Assembly: GCA_051532035.1 (NCBI GenBank)
Contig: JAOPTW010000025.1
Coordinates: forward strand, 1 to 52,791
Direction of reading: 5' to 3'
DNA from: Fibrobacterales bacterium
Lineage (GTDB): Bacteria > Fibrobacterota > Fibrobacteria > Fibrobacterales > JAOPTW01
Length of the DNA stretch: 52,791 nt
Below the pieces are notes generated by a model. The model was not told the DNA's origin. It ran no database searches and saw only the letters and a list, made by a program, of their open reading frames with translations. This document shows, piece by piece, positions 29,697 through 38,705 of the stretch; within the stretch, counting starts at the first letter, position 1, and every line of letters starts with the position of its first letter. The position numbers were made by a program, and so were the translations under genes.

Positions 29697-30296
29697 ATGT
29701 CAGATGCAAACGAGAAATTGAGTGCACTAGAAACCGCACTCTCTTCAACTACAGAATCCGTTGATAAACACAACGACGACCTTGTAACGCTCAATGACAA
29801 AAGCGACAGAAACAATACTGTGCTCAAACAACAAGGCAATGAACTTACGACACACCATTTAAAAATCACTCAAAATGCATCTGGCGTGGAACAAATCACT
29901 CGAGAGCTAGAGACAAGTAAAAGTAACCTTACTGAAACAATAGACCTCCTAAAAGCAAAAATTACTCGCTATGCTACTATCGGTGCTGCAGGTGGAATAA
30001 TTGCTGCTGGTCTTATTCTTTTCATGTTCATAGGCTACTACTCTCAAAGTAGTGCACTCAATGATTCATTAGAACAAAATACCGCACTCTTAAAACAGAT
30101 TGAAACAACACATGCCGAACACCTTAAAGCACTCAACAATCAGCTCACCACAGCACAGTCAACCATACAAACAGTAAATTCTGCTGTCACAAAAAATGGG
30201 GCGCGCGCAAAGAAAAACTCTGGATACCTCAAGCGTGTGATCCGTAAGAGTAATGAACTTAAGATTTTAGTGAGTGAAGCACAAATTACTGAGTAA
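29697..30296 (+). CDS. Hypothetical coiled-coil single-pass membrane protein
   Basis: 199-aa ORF; helical segments on both sides of TM IGAAGGIIAAGLILFMFIGYY. Confidence 0.7.
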   Translation: MSDANEKLSALETALSSTTESVDKHNDDLVTLNDKSDRNNTVLKQQGNELTTHHLKITQNASGVEQITRELETSKSNLTETIDLLKAKITRYATIGAAGGIIAAGLILFMFIGYYSQSSALNDSLEQNTALLKQIETTHAEHLKALNNQLTTAQSTIQTVNSAVTKNGARAKKNSGYLKRVIRKSNELKILVSEAQITE

Positions 30297-30326
30297 ATAT
30301 CACATTGATACCTATTCCAATTTTTT

Positions 30327-30367
30327 AAACAGAAAAGCCAGATCCATTGGATCTGGCTTTTCTGTTT
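30327..30367. terminator. Bidirectional terminator-like perfect inverted repeat
   Basis: AAACAGAAAAGCCAGATCCA-T-TGGATCTGGCTTTTCTGTTT. Confidence 0.75.
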
Positions 30368-30644
30368 CCAGCACTCTGAGTTCCTGAATATTCACCCCTA
30401 CTACTCTCTGTTGAATTTAAATACCACATACAAGAAGCTTGTATATAGAGTCTACTCCTCTGACACCTATAGAGGGTAATCATTCTCTGTGACAGACAGA
30501 ATTATATGCTCTAGTGCGAAACTATCTCCAATGCTTTTATAAACACCAATCGCAGAATAAATACTCGCTAAACATTAGATACCTATTAAGAACGGCCAGA
30601 CTGATATAGTCCGGCCGTTCTTAATATACAACTGTAAACGAAAC

Positions 30645-30674
30645 AAAAAAGACCGCTATTTCTAGCGGCCTTTT
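30645..30674 (-). terminator. Terminator of GH12 gene
   Basis: AAAAAAGACCGCTA-TTTC-TAGCGGCCTTTT. Confidence 0.7.
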
Positions 30675-30697
30675 ATCAGTATATTATTTAATAATGA

Positions 30698-31924
30698 CTA
30701 TTTAAATAGAGCCTCACGCTCTTCGCCATTTACTTCAAAAGTTACACCTTTAAAAGATACAGTACCAGCAGTATTGTTATCAATCTCAGTACCAACCTCA
30801 AAACGAGTTACCCATAGGTCAGGTGATGCACCAGCGTGAGTTACCAACCAATCAAGTGCTTCTTTCACGTCAAGTTTTCCTGTGAAATCACGTTTTGCAT
30901 TTCCATCACTACCGTCACCTGCACGGAACTGGAAGTAATCCCATTTACTATGGTCATCTCCGCCCCAGTCTGGACCGTAGTGACAAAGTGTGTAGTCCAT
31001 TGAACCTTCACCTTTAGGAAGTGTAGTATTGCCTGCAAATTTGCCACCAGCCTGGTCACATGGCCAACGACCATCGAACCAACCCCAGAAAGTCATAAGC
31101 TCAAACTCAGGCTTAGGTGTTCTTGTTGTTGTTGGATCTTCTTGAGAAAGCCATAGTTCAAAGTTGATGTTCCAGCTTGCATCAGAAGTAAGGTCAATTC
31201 TGAAATCATCAAGAGTTACACTTGCAGAAGTGATATCTTTGATCTTCATAGGAAGAATTATCGAAGTAGATTTACGTAGGTCAGCATCTTCAGGATCAGT
31301 AAAAGGAGCAACACCAACTTCTATTTCAGGGTAGTCAGGGTATGCACCGCTGCCACCACAATCAGGTCTATCAAATGTCCAACCAAAAGTTTTATCTTCT
31401 TTTGCCCAAATTTCATAGGTTGAGCCACAAGAACCATCTTTAGCAAGAGCATCAGATCCCCATTTGTTTAACAGTAGTTTAACATCTCCCATCATGAAAT
31501 AATCCCATGACTCAGTAGAAGTTGCTGGAACTCTAAGTGGATCACCACCAAGAAGTGCCGATTCAGATGAACTTGACTCTTCAACTGCCTCTGAACTTGA
31601 CTCTTCAACAACAACTACTGAAGATGATGATTCAACTTCTGCAACTTCACTACTTTCAGCAGCTTCTTCAGAACTTAACTCTTCAGTCTCTTCTGAACTT
31701 GACTCTACAACATCTTCCGAGCTCGGCTCATCTGTCGAAGCTTGGCTACTTTCTTCAGCTGACGAATCATCACCAGCTACTTCAGCTTCAGATGAATCAT
31801 CTTTAGACTCTTCACTTGACTCTTCAGATCCCGTATTAGTACCTGCGTCTTCAAAACATCCTGTAAAGAAAAGCATAGAGATGCCTAGGATGAGTATGGT
31901 GGTTAATTTTTGTATGTGTGTCAT
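30698..31924 (-). CDS. GH12-like endoglucanase lipoprotein with Ser/Glu-rich linker
   Basis: Lipobox FTGC; LNKWG, YPEIEVG, NINFELWL, FELMTF (nucleophile Glu), FEVGTEI (acid/base Glu); GGAG RBS. Confidence 0.72.
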   Translation of the reverse strand: MTHIQKLTTILILGISMLFFTGCFEDAGTNTGSEESSEESKDDSSEAEVAGDDSSAEESSQASTDEPSSEDVVESSSEETEELSSEEAAESSEVAEVESSSSVVVVEESSSEAVEESSSSESALLGGDPLRVPATSTESWDYFMMGDVKLLLNKWGSDALAKDGSCGSTYEIWAKEDKTFGWTFDRPDCGGSGAYPDYPEIEVGVAPFTDPEDADLRKSTSIILPMKIKDITSASVTLDDFRIDLTSDASWNINFELWLSQEDPTTTRTPKPEFELMTFWGWFDGRWPCDQAGGKFAGNTTLPKGEGSMDYTLCHYGPDWGGDDHSKWDYFQFRAGDGSDGNAKRDFTGKLDVKEALDWLVTHAGASPDLWVTRFEVGTEIDNNTAGTVSFKGVTFEVNGEEREALFK

Positions 31925-32347
31925 ATAATTTTCTCCAAAATAATATACATGGAGGTATACAGAAACGTATCGATAATCGGCTTGAATAATTGTCCCAAAA
32001 CTATGTGCAATCATCAAACAAAGGTAGTGATATGTGTGTGTATACCTTGTTTATTTCATATAGAAGAATTATTCCTCTATATGGTGTCCCAGATATATGG
32101 AGAGCCCCCTCTTCATATATCTACTGATTCCCCATAATATATATTCGAAAGCGTGTATCATTATTCAAAATCACTCATCCCAGCCACATACTAATGACAC
32201 GTTTGTCCACGTTAGTGTAAGCAATAATTTACATTCAGGATAAAACCACCATTTAAAGTGAAAAAAGAGCAATTATTGATTTAAACACACTTTTATGTAC
32301 TTGTTTTTACGACACTATTGATCTATTAAAAGTGTCCCGACACACTA

Positions 32348-34849
32348 TTATGGCCAGGGATGCCTTGGATACCGCCCTCGTAGCTCTTTTTTGATAGCGG
32401 GGTATGATGAAACCCAAAATTCAGTCAAATTCCTTGTTTTTTGGGCTGTCCTATAGTTAGGAGCCAATAAATTATAGAGAACCTCCACCTTACCATCACA
32501 CAAGGTGTAAGGGCCCTTCATCCCCGCAAAATCGGTAATCCGTGCACTCAATTCTGGTGGGGCATCAGAAAAATAGGTAAACTTCGCTCTCTTTCCCGAA
32601 GGAAGTGTCATAGCCATAGGAAACATTGACTCCATGAGCCCTTTGGCTTCAGGAGATATATACTCCAAAAAGAGGGAAATAAAACGGGGCACCGATAATT
32701 CTTTGAGGGTTCTGCTCTCTCCAACCCATTCATACAGCATAAGCTCAATATCTTCACTCGTTATTTGGGTAAAGCCATACTCTGGGTAGGTTTTTACGAG
32801 CAGAGAATACCGATTAAGATAGGGTTGACACTCATCACTTTTGAGGGGGGAATCAACCACTCCCGCACCAATTTGTTCTACTAAAAATGTTGCGATAATT
32901 TCAGGAGAGTACTCGCCCTCTGATGCATTTTCACTTGCTATCACTCCATCTCTATAGCGCCTTTCTTTGAGCACCGAAACTTTTTTACCTTGGGCGTTCC
33001 ACGCACACCGATAGTCAATCACACTCTGTTCCTGCGTAAACTCAAGCCAAAATAATGAGGAGAGTGGCACCCACGATCGAATAGCTCCCGAACGCTTTCC
33101 ACTGCGAAACTGCTCCCAAATATCAAGAGCAAGGATTGCCGGAGGATACTCCCCATGGGTATCAATGGTAATCGTTCCCACAAAACCCGAAGCAAGTTGA
33201 TAGCGATTTGATTGAGTGAGCATTCCAATATGACTCTCGAGAGCTGAGCACCAAAGAGCTTCTAACTCATAACTTATTTTTTCTTGAGCACCAGCTTTTT
33301 TTACAACCCTATCTCCCCGCTTCTCCATCTTAATGAGCGCACCAAAGAGCTCCATAACTTCTTTTGAATACCCAATAGAATGTTTACCTCGACGCTCGGT
33401 AGACTCTACAAGTTCTTTTCCTGCACTCAAAAGATTAACACTCTCTACTCCTCGACTGCCCCCTTCAATAAGGGCTATCATTGCCGCTGACAGGGCATAA
33501 CACTCCGTTCCTCGGGCCAGAAAAAGTACCCGTGCCAAACGAGGATGCACAGGAAGCGAAAGCATCCATGCACCACCGGGGAGTGGTACACCTTTCGAAT
33601 CAATACATTCAGCATCTCTCAACACTGCAAGACTTGTCGTAAGAATCGATTCATCAGGAGGCGTTATCCAGGGCATCGTGATTAAAGCTTCAATTGGGTT
33701 TTCTTCACCATGCCTCGAGAGGAGTGTCAGTACTCCCAGAAGCGACCGTGACCACTCTTGTTTCAACAACTGTGACTGCCAGTAGTGATCCCAATCACGT
33801 TCCCATTTTTCTTGCCAAAGTCGTATGCACCAGCCTGCTCTCGTACGCCCTGCGCGGCCTCTCCGTTGTTCAGCACTCTGGAGGGTAATACGTTTGAGCC
33901 CCAATGAATTCACTCCCTTATCGGAATTCCACGTAGCTTCTCGTTCCCAACCAGAATCAATCACTCCAGTAACACCTGCTATAGTAAGTGATGTCTCAGC
34001 AATATTTGTCGTTAAAATTATACGAGTCTCTTCTGTCGTGCGACAGACATGTTTTTGTTCTTGTAGCTTTAAGGATCCGTGGAGCACTTCAATGCCAATG
34101 TCATACCGGCCATAGAGTACATCCTCTTCGAGTTTCCGTTTAGCCTGCTGAATCTCTCCCCATCCGGGCAAGAAGCAGAGACAGGTCCCTTGTGGCTTCT
34201 CTCTCAGCCATGCTTTAACCGCCTTTACCACTTGGAGATCAATTCTCTCAGATGCAGTAAGAGCTTGATAGGTCGTTGCAATGGGGTGCATTGTTGCCGT
34301 AATAGACAGCCTTCCCCATTCAGAGATATATTTTGCCAATGACTCCTCATCAAGAGTCGCTGACATAAGAACCAACTTTGGCGTTGGAATCCCCTTTGTT
34401 TTTAAATAATGCATCCACATCCATATGAGATCCATCTCAACATGGCGCTCATGGAATTCATCAAGAATCAAAACCCCCACATGTGAAAGAGTCGATGTTG
34501 ATTTTAAGCCTTCAAAAAAGTATCCATAGGTTTGAAATTGAATGTCACTCTGATCAGAGATTGCTCGAGAACCTCGAACAGCATAACCAACGTTATGCCC
34601 AAGGGGGGTGTTACTCTCATCTGCTACGCGATTAGCCAAAGAGATTGCCGCCAAACGCCTCGGCTGAAGCACCACAACGGATCTACCATCTTCATTAAAA
34701 AATGGCCGATTCCACTCACGGCAAAAGAGTGGAATACGGGTAGATTTACCCGTACCAGGAGGAGCGCTAATAACCACTCCCGGCTTCGCATTCAACAGCT
34801 CTAAAAATTCGGATGCATGTTTATCAACAGGCAGTTTTTGCATTGCCAC
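32348..34849 (-). CDS. hrpB: ATP-dependent RNA helicase HrpB
   Basis: APPGTGKST, QPRRLAA, DEFHER, MSAT, TNIAETSLTI, QRRGRAGR, C-terminal ELRGRYPRHPWP. Confidence 0.93.
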   Translation of the reverse strand: MAMQKLPVDKHASEFLELLNAKPGVVISAPPGTGKSTRIPLFCREWNRPFFNEDGRSVVVLQPRRLAAISLANRVADESNTPLGHNVGYAVRGSRAISDQSDIQFQTYGYFFEGLKSTSTLSHVGVLILDEFHERHVEMDLIWMWMHYLKTKGIPTPKLVLMSATLDEESLAKYISEWGRLSITATMHPIATTYQALTASERIDLQVVKAVKAWLREKPQGTCLCFLPGWGEIQQAKRKLEEDVLYGRYDIGIEVLHGSLKLQEQKHVCRTTEETRIILTTNIAETSLTIAGVTGVIDSGWEREATWNSDKGVNSLGLKRITLQSAEQRRGRAGRTRAGWCIRLWQEKWERDWDHYWQSQLLKQEWSRSLLGVLTLLSRHGEENPIEALITMPWITPPDESILTTSLAVLRDAECIDSKGVPLPGGAWMLSLPVHPRLARVLFLARGTECYALSAAMIALIEGGSRGVESVNLLSAGKELVESTERRGKHSIGYSKEVMELFGALIKMEKRGDRVVKKAGAQEKISYELEALWCSALESHIGMLTQSNRYQLASGFVGTITIDTHGEYPPAILALDIWEQFRSGKRSGAIRSWVPLSSLFWLEFTQEQSVIDYRCAWNAQGKKVSVLKERRYRDGVIASENASEGEYSPEIIATFLVEQIGAGVVDSPLKSDECQPYLNRYSLLVKTYPEYGFTQITSEDIELMLYEWVGESRTLKELSVPRFISLFLEYISPEAKGLMESMFPMAMTLPSGKRAKFTYFSDAPPELSARITDFAGMKGPYTLCDGKVEVLYNLLAPNYRTAQKTRNLTEFWVSSYPAIKKELRGRYPRHPWP

Positions 34850-34856
34850 AGCTCTG

Positions 34857-35051
34857 TTACCCTATCTGCTTTACCCGACCCACAATGCCCGATTCAAGCA
34901 TCACTTTGATTCCGTGAGGATGAGTCGCTGATTTAGTAAGAAGTTTTGCAACCACTCCTTCTGTCAATTCACCAGTTCTCTGGTGATTCTTTTGTACTAC
35001 AGATACGGCAGTACCTATTGTTATATCTGCTCTTGTTGTTCCATCACCCAT
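34857..35051 (-). CDS. YwbE/DUF2196-family small protein
   Basis: QRTGELTEGVV..LLT.S..HPHGIKVMLESG.VGRVK. Confidence 0.88.
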   Translation of the reverse strand: MGDGTTRADITIGTAVSVVQKNHQRTGELTEGVVAKLLTKSATHPHGIKVMLESGIVGRVKQIG

Positions 35052-35112
35052 TTACCATTACCTCTCACGAATCGTACATACTGTATGGCAAATATATAAA
35101 TTATTAACACAA

Positions 35113-35146
35113 TAAGGCCCGAACTCAATTCAGAGCTCGGGCCTTA
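35113..35146 (-). terminator. Hairpin ending the ECF-target operon
   Basis: TAAGGCCCGAACTC-AATTCA-GAGCTCGGGCCTTA. Confidence 0.65.
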
Positions 35147-35175
35147 CGTCTATCCCAAAGCTTAAGGTTATATCA

Positions 35176-35541
35176 CTACTCACCTGTTTCGTATTCAGCC
35201 CACAATACAAGAGATTCGATCCGCTCTGTTGCAATCTCCGGTATGTGATACTCCGTTACCGTAACGTTCTCACCTCCTTTAGCGAGCCCTGTCACTGAAA
35301 TTTCATGCGACTCTAATGCATCACCAATAAGGAGTAGATTCGCCCCCTTTGATTCATTATTTATCACTTTAAAAGAGCCATCTGAGAGGGTGATTCCCAC
35401 TCGAGGCTGATAGAGACCTTGAGCATTATATTTCTGAATGGTTACAACGCCATTGTAAGTAGATGCACCACTTTGGCCAGCCCAAAGTGGTGAGCCAATA
35501 ATAAGTGTTGCAATAGCGAGTTTTAAAATAAGTTGTTTCAT
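35176..35541 (-). CDS. Exported hypothetical protein, Cys-free paralog of 36106-36582
   Basis: Signal peptide ending PLWA; AAGGA RBS; gapless local alignment to the 36106 protein. Confidence 0.75.
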   Translation of the reverse strand: MKQLILKLAIATLIIGSPLWAGQSGASTYNGVVTIQKYNAQGLYQPRVGITLSDGSFKVINNESKGANLLLIGDALESHEISVTGLAKGGENVTVTEYHIPEIATERIESLVLWAEYETGE

Positions 35542-35579
35542 TGTTCATTCCTTCTGTGTATTCATACGTTTGTTTAAGT

Positions 35580-35606
35580 AACGACTTTCATAGGTAGATG
35601 ATTGCA
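35580..35606 (-). promoter_or_regulatory. ECF-type promoter copy 3
   Basis: Minus strand TGCAATC-atctacctatgaaag-TCGTT. Confidence 0.75.
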
Positions 35607-36083
35607 TTATTTCTTAAATAATAATTCAAAATGGGTTGATAGATCATGGGGAAGCTCCGATGCAACATAGCGAACAACACCAGTGACATCTGCAATAACA
35701 ATGGTGGGTGTTGCAGTCACGCCCATAGCTTGAGTGATACTACTCCCTCTATCAAACGCCACTGGGTATTCCATTGAAAACGTTGTTTTGAATGTCTTCA
35801 TACGAGCTTCCGTATCACTTATTCCTGCGTTAATTGCAAGGAGCTGAAGCCCCTTGGTATTGTAGGTGTTATAGAGTTGTTGCACCTGTGGGATCTCTTT
35901 TTTACAGACAGTACACCACGTAGCCCAAAACACAAGCATGATTGGTTTTTCACCCTTTTTAGAATATTCAAAAGTACTTCCATCCGATTGTTTGAGTGAA
36001 AAGTCATCGAGGACATCACCTATTTCAACTGCCTGAACTGATGATAGTGCCCCCATGAATAGTATAAATAGTAGTTTAAGCAT
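35607..36083 (-). CDS. Exported TlpA/ResA-family thiol-disulfide oxidoreductase
   Basis: Signal peptide; FWATWCTVC.KEIP; V.ATPT cis-Pro loop. Confidence 0.9.
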   Translation of the reverse strand: MLKLLFILFMGALSSVQAVEIGDVLDDFSLKQSDGSTFEYSKKGEKPIMLVFWATWCTVCKKEIPQVQQLYNTYNTKGLQLLAINAGISDTEARMKTFKTTFSMEYPVAFDRGSSITQAMGVTATPTIVIADVTGVVRYVASELPHDLSTHFELLFKK

Positions 36084-36105
36084 AATTCAATCTCCCTTTA
36101 AAACC

Positions 36106-36582
36106 TTAATGCTTGTGAGCTGCCTTACCACCTGTTGGTGCTTCACCTATTTTTCGCTGTAACAGTCGCTTTGCAATCAGTTGATCCTCTTCCCATCCCG
36201 CTTTAGCAATGTTACTTGCCGATACACCATCTACTTTGATCGTGGTAAGCTCAAGGTTATGTGCAATTGGGTATATGTATCCTGTTATGGTTGCCTCTTT
36301 ATGCTCTAATAAAGTATGAGCACGGATAACATCATGCCCTTTTGCATTATCTACAATGTTCCAAATAGTACCATCCGCCGAACGAAAGCCAAGTGCATGA
36401 TGGGCAAACAGGTTGCACTGAGCGTTGGCCCCATCGAGTTTTTTAAGAGAACAGCCTGTACAGACCAACTCGCCTTTGAGGGTAATTTCGTTCAATCCTT
36501 TTTGTGTATCCCACCCTCCTGCAAAAGTAAATGTGAGTGAGAGGAGTGTCACAGCGATGATTTTCTTAAGTATTTTTTTCAT
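36106..36582 (-). CDS. Exported Cys/His-rich hypothetical protein (putative metal/thiol binding)
   Basis: Signal peptide ending TFA; GELVCTGC..., AQCNLFAHH; C-terminal HKH; AAGGA RBS. Confidence 0.8.
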   Translation of the reverse strand: MKKILKKIIAVTLLSLTFTFAGGWDTQKGLNEITLKGELVCTGCSLKKLDGANAQCNLFAHHALGFRSADGTIWNIVDNAKGHDVIRAHTLLEHKEATITGYIYPIAHNLELTTIKVDGVSASNIAKAGWEEDQLIAKRLLQRKIGEAPTGGKAAHKH

Positions 36583-36624
36583 GATTTATCCTTTTTTATA
36601 CATTTTTAACCGATATACCCTGTA

Positions 36625-36651
36625 AACGATCAAATCAGTCGGGTGATTGCA
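36625..36651 (-). promoter_or_regulatory. ECF-type promoter copy 2
   Basis: Minus strand TGCAATC-acccgactgatttga-TCGTT. Confidence 0.75.
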
Positions 36652-36723
36652 GCTCCTGAATAAATGAGTCAAATCCTCAACAAGTTATACAAGTTTGCAA
36701 TTCATAACTTTTATATCTTTGTA

Positions 36724-36750
36724 TGCAATCAAATGGTAATGCTACTCGTC
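36724..36750 (+). promoter_or_regulatory. ECF-type promoter copy 1 (autoregulatory)
   Basis: TGCAATC-aaatggtaatgctac-TCGTC. Confidence 0.75.
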
Positions 36751-36787
36751 TCTACCATGAAACCTTTTTACTAGTAGGTCCTCAAAT

Positions 36788-37303
36788 ATGGACGCCAAAG
36801 AGTTGGAACTTCTACAAGATGGATACCGATTTGCGCTATCACTCACTCATGAACCTGCAGAAGCAGAAGATTTAGTACAGGATAGTTGGATTAAGCTTTA
36901 TGAAAAAAATGGAGCAATCGAATCACGCCCTCTTTTATTTACGGTCATCCGCAATAAATTTATCGACCAGTGGCGCAGAAAAAAATCAGTACCTATGGTA
37001 GAGTTCGACTCTACAACAGTACAACCCGAGTCCCATGATGATATTGATAACCAACTTCTTCTCAAGCGTGTCTATAGCGCACTTGAACAGGTGTCACCTC
37101 ATGAGCGTGAAGCACTCTACCTTCAATGTATCGAAGAATACACTGCCCAAGAGATTAGTGATCTGACCGGACAACCTCGGGGCACCGTCCTCAGTCACAT
37201 ATCACGAGGACGAAAAAAACTACTTGGACTCCTCGGCTTCAAAGAGGACCCCAATCAGACAAATGCAGAAAACATAATAGCCTTTAGGAGAGAGATAGGA
37301 TGA
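36788..37303 (+). CDS. ECF sigma-70 factor
   Basis: Region 2 AEAEDLVQD, LFTVIRNKFIDQWR; region 4 EREAL...EIS...GTVLSHISRGR. Confidence 0.93.
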   Translation: MDAKELELLQDGYRFALSLTHEPAEAEDLVQDSWIKLYEKNGAIESRPLLFTVIRNKFIDQWRRKKSVPMVEFDSTTVQPESHDDIDNQLLLKRVYSALEQVSPHEREALYLQCIEEYTAQEISDLTGQPRGTVLSHISRGRKKLLGLLGFKEDPNQTNAENIIAFRREIG

Positions 37304-37845
37304 ATAAACTTGATGAAACACTTCGAAACCACTATGCAGATCATTCACTCAGTGAAGTTGCTGTTAATCGTATTTTAGCCAAAGGAAAAAGAGCATATCG
37401 TAAAAAACAACTGTTCCGTATCGCTGCTCTCTTTATACTATCAACTTCTCTCTTAGTGGGAATAACTCAATATCGATATGAGAGTTCTATGTCTCGCACA
37501 GTAGCTGAAATCAAAATGAACCACCTTAAAGGTGAGCAACCGACGATCAAAACGGACAATTATCGTGCCTTATCAACACACCTGAATGAACTCGCCTTTG
37601 CCATTCCTCAGTCAAAACGCCTCAGAGATTACAGCCTTATTGGAGGTCTCTACTGTTCTGTACAGGGTAATCGAGCAGCACAACTTAAATTAAACTCTCC
37701 TTCAGGTTCCACGGTAACTCTTTATGTTACTCAAGCCAAAGGCACACTTGAGTCACTAACCGATGATACCGTAAAAGACGAGAATATTACCGTGTCTGTT
37801 TGGCAGGAAGGGCCACTCTTTTTTGGCCTTGCCCAAGGACCATAA
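37300..37845 (+). CDS. Putative membrane anti-sigma factor (DUF3379-like)
   Basis: ATGA overlap with sigma; short cytoplasmic N-terminus, one TM helix, periplasmic domain with NH and GGLYCSVQG. Confidence 0.72.
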   Translation: MNKLDETLRNHYADHSLSEVAVNRILAKGKRAYRKKQLFRIAALFILSTSLLVGITQYRYESSMSRTVAEIKMNHLKGEQPTIKTDNYRALSTHLNELAFAIPQSKRLRDYSLIGGLYCSVQGNRAAQLKLNSPSGSTVTLYVTQAKGTLESLTDDTVKDENITVSVWQEGPLFFGLAQGP

Positions 37846-37974
37846 CAGCGATATCGTCTTAAAATTGGACCAACTAACTCAAAAAAGGCACTTTTCAGGA
37901 AATCACTAGATTTTTATATCAGATTATCAGTATAATACCCATATGAAAAAGCGCTTTAACCTTTGTGAGATCCA

Positions 37975-38691
37975 ATGATGAGAGTAGTACTTTTAATCTG
38001 CATTTTCAGTGTCTTTTGCACCGCACAACTTAGACTAAAACTTGGAGTAAATACTCCTAAAAATAGTCCCGCCTACAATGCAATCAATGACTACTGGCAA
38101 GCAATCAGTCGATATACTGAGGATATATATGAAATTGTCCCCATGAACCCAGAGAGCGAGTTTAATGCGGTAAATATCGGTAGTATCGATGGAGGAAGTA
38201 CACAGGGGCTCACTTTTATAAACCGAGACTCCAACTTTATCGTCATCGATGAACCCTTGGTCAAGCTCTCTATTGCAGTTATTGGAAAATTACCTTCCAC
38301 GATACAACACTGGGCCGATCTTTCTCAAAAAAAAGCCGTTATTTTAGAAGGTGCATATTCCATCAAACACCAACTAAAAAAGAACGCCATTAAGGCAATT
38401 CCTCTAGAACAACATAGTGACCTTATAAAATCGGTATGTCTTGGACACGCAGATGTTGCAATTGTTGAGTCAGCCTATATTCCCCAACTCATGGATGCAA
38501 TAGCACAATGCCCTACTCTCTCAGTACATACAAAAAATATCGATAGCATTATCAACTACAGTTATCTCCACAAAAAGTACGCCCATAAAGTAATAGATAT
38601 CAAACGTGCGATGATAATGGTTAAGGAGAGTGGCAAATATCAAAAGATTATTAAAGAACATTTCGATCATCTGTTCAATGCCACTCTTTAG
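37975..38691 (+). CDS. Extracellular solute-binding protein, family 3-like
   Basis: Signal peptide; GSIDG, WADL, GHADVAI, ESGKYQKII pattern. Confidence 0.7.
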   Translation: MMRVVLLICIFSVFCTAQLRLKLGVNTPKNSPAYNAINDYWQAISRYTEDIYEIVPMNPESEFNAVNIGSIDGGSTQGLTFINRDSNFIVIDEPLVKLSIAVIGKLPSTIQHWADLSQKKAVILEGAYSIKHQLKKNAIKAIPLEQHSDLIKSVCLGHADVAIVESAYIPQLMDAIAQCPTLSVHTKNIDSIINYSYLHKKYAHKVIDIKRAMIMVKESGKYQKIIKEHFDHLFNATL

Positions 38692-38705
38692 TTACCCCTC
38701 CCTCT

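Noticed and set aside
32006..32032. Fourth copy of the ECF promoter
   Set aside because: TGCAATCA is present but lacks the TCGT element and points away from the GH12 gene
36106..36582. c-type cytochrome
   Set aside because: Motif is CTGCS, not CxxCH
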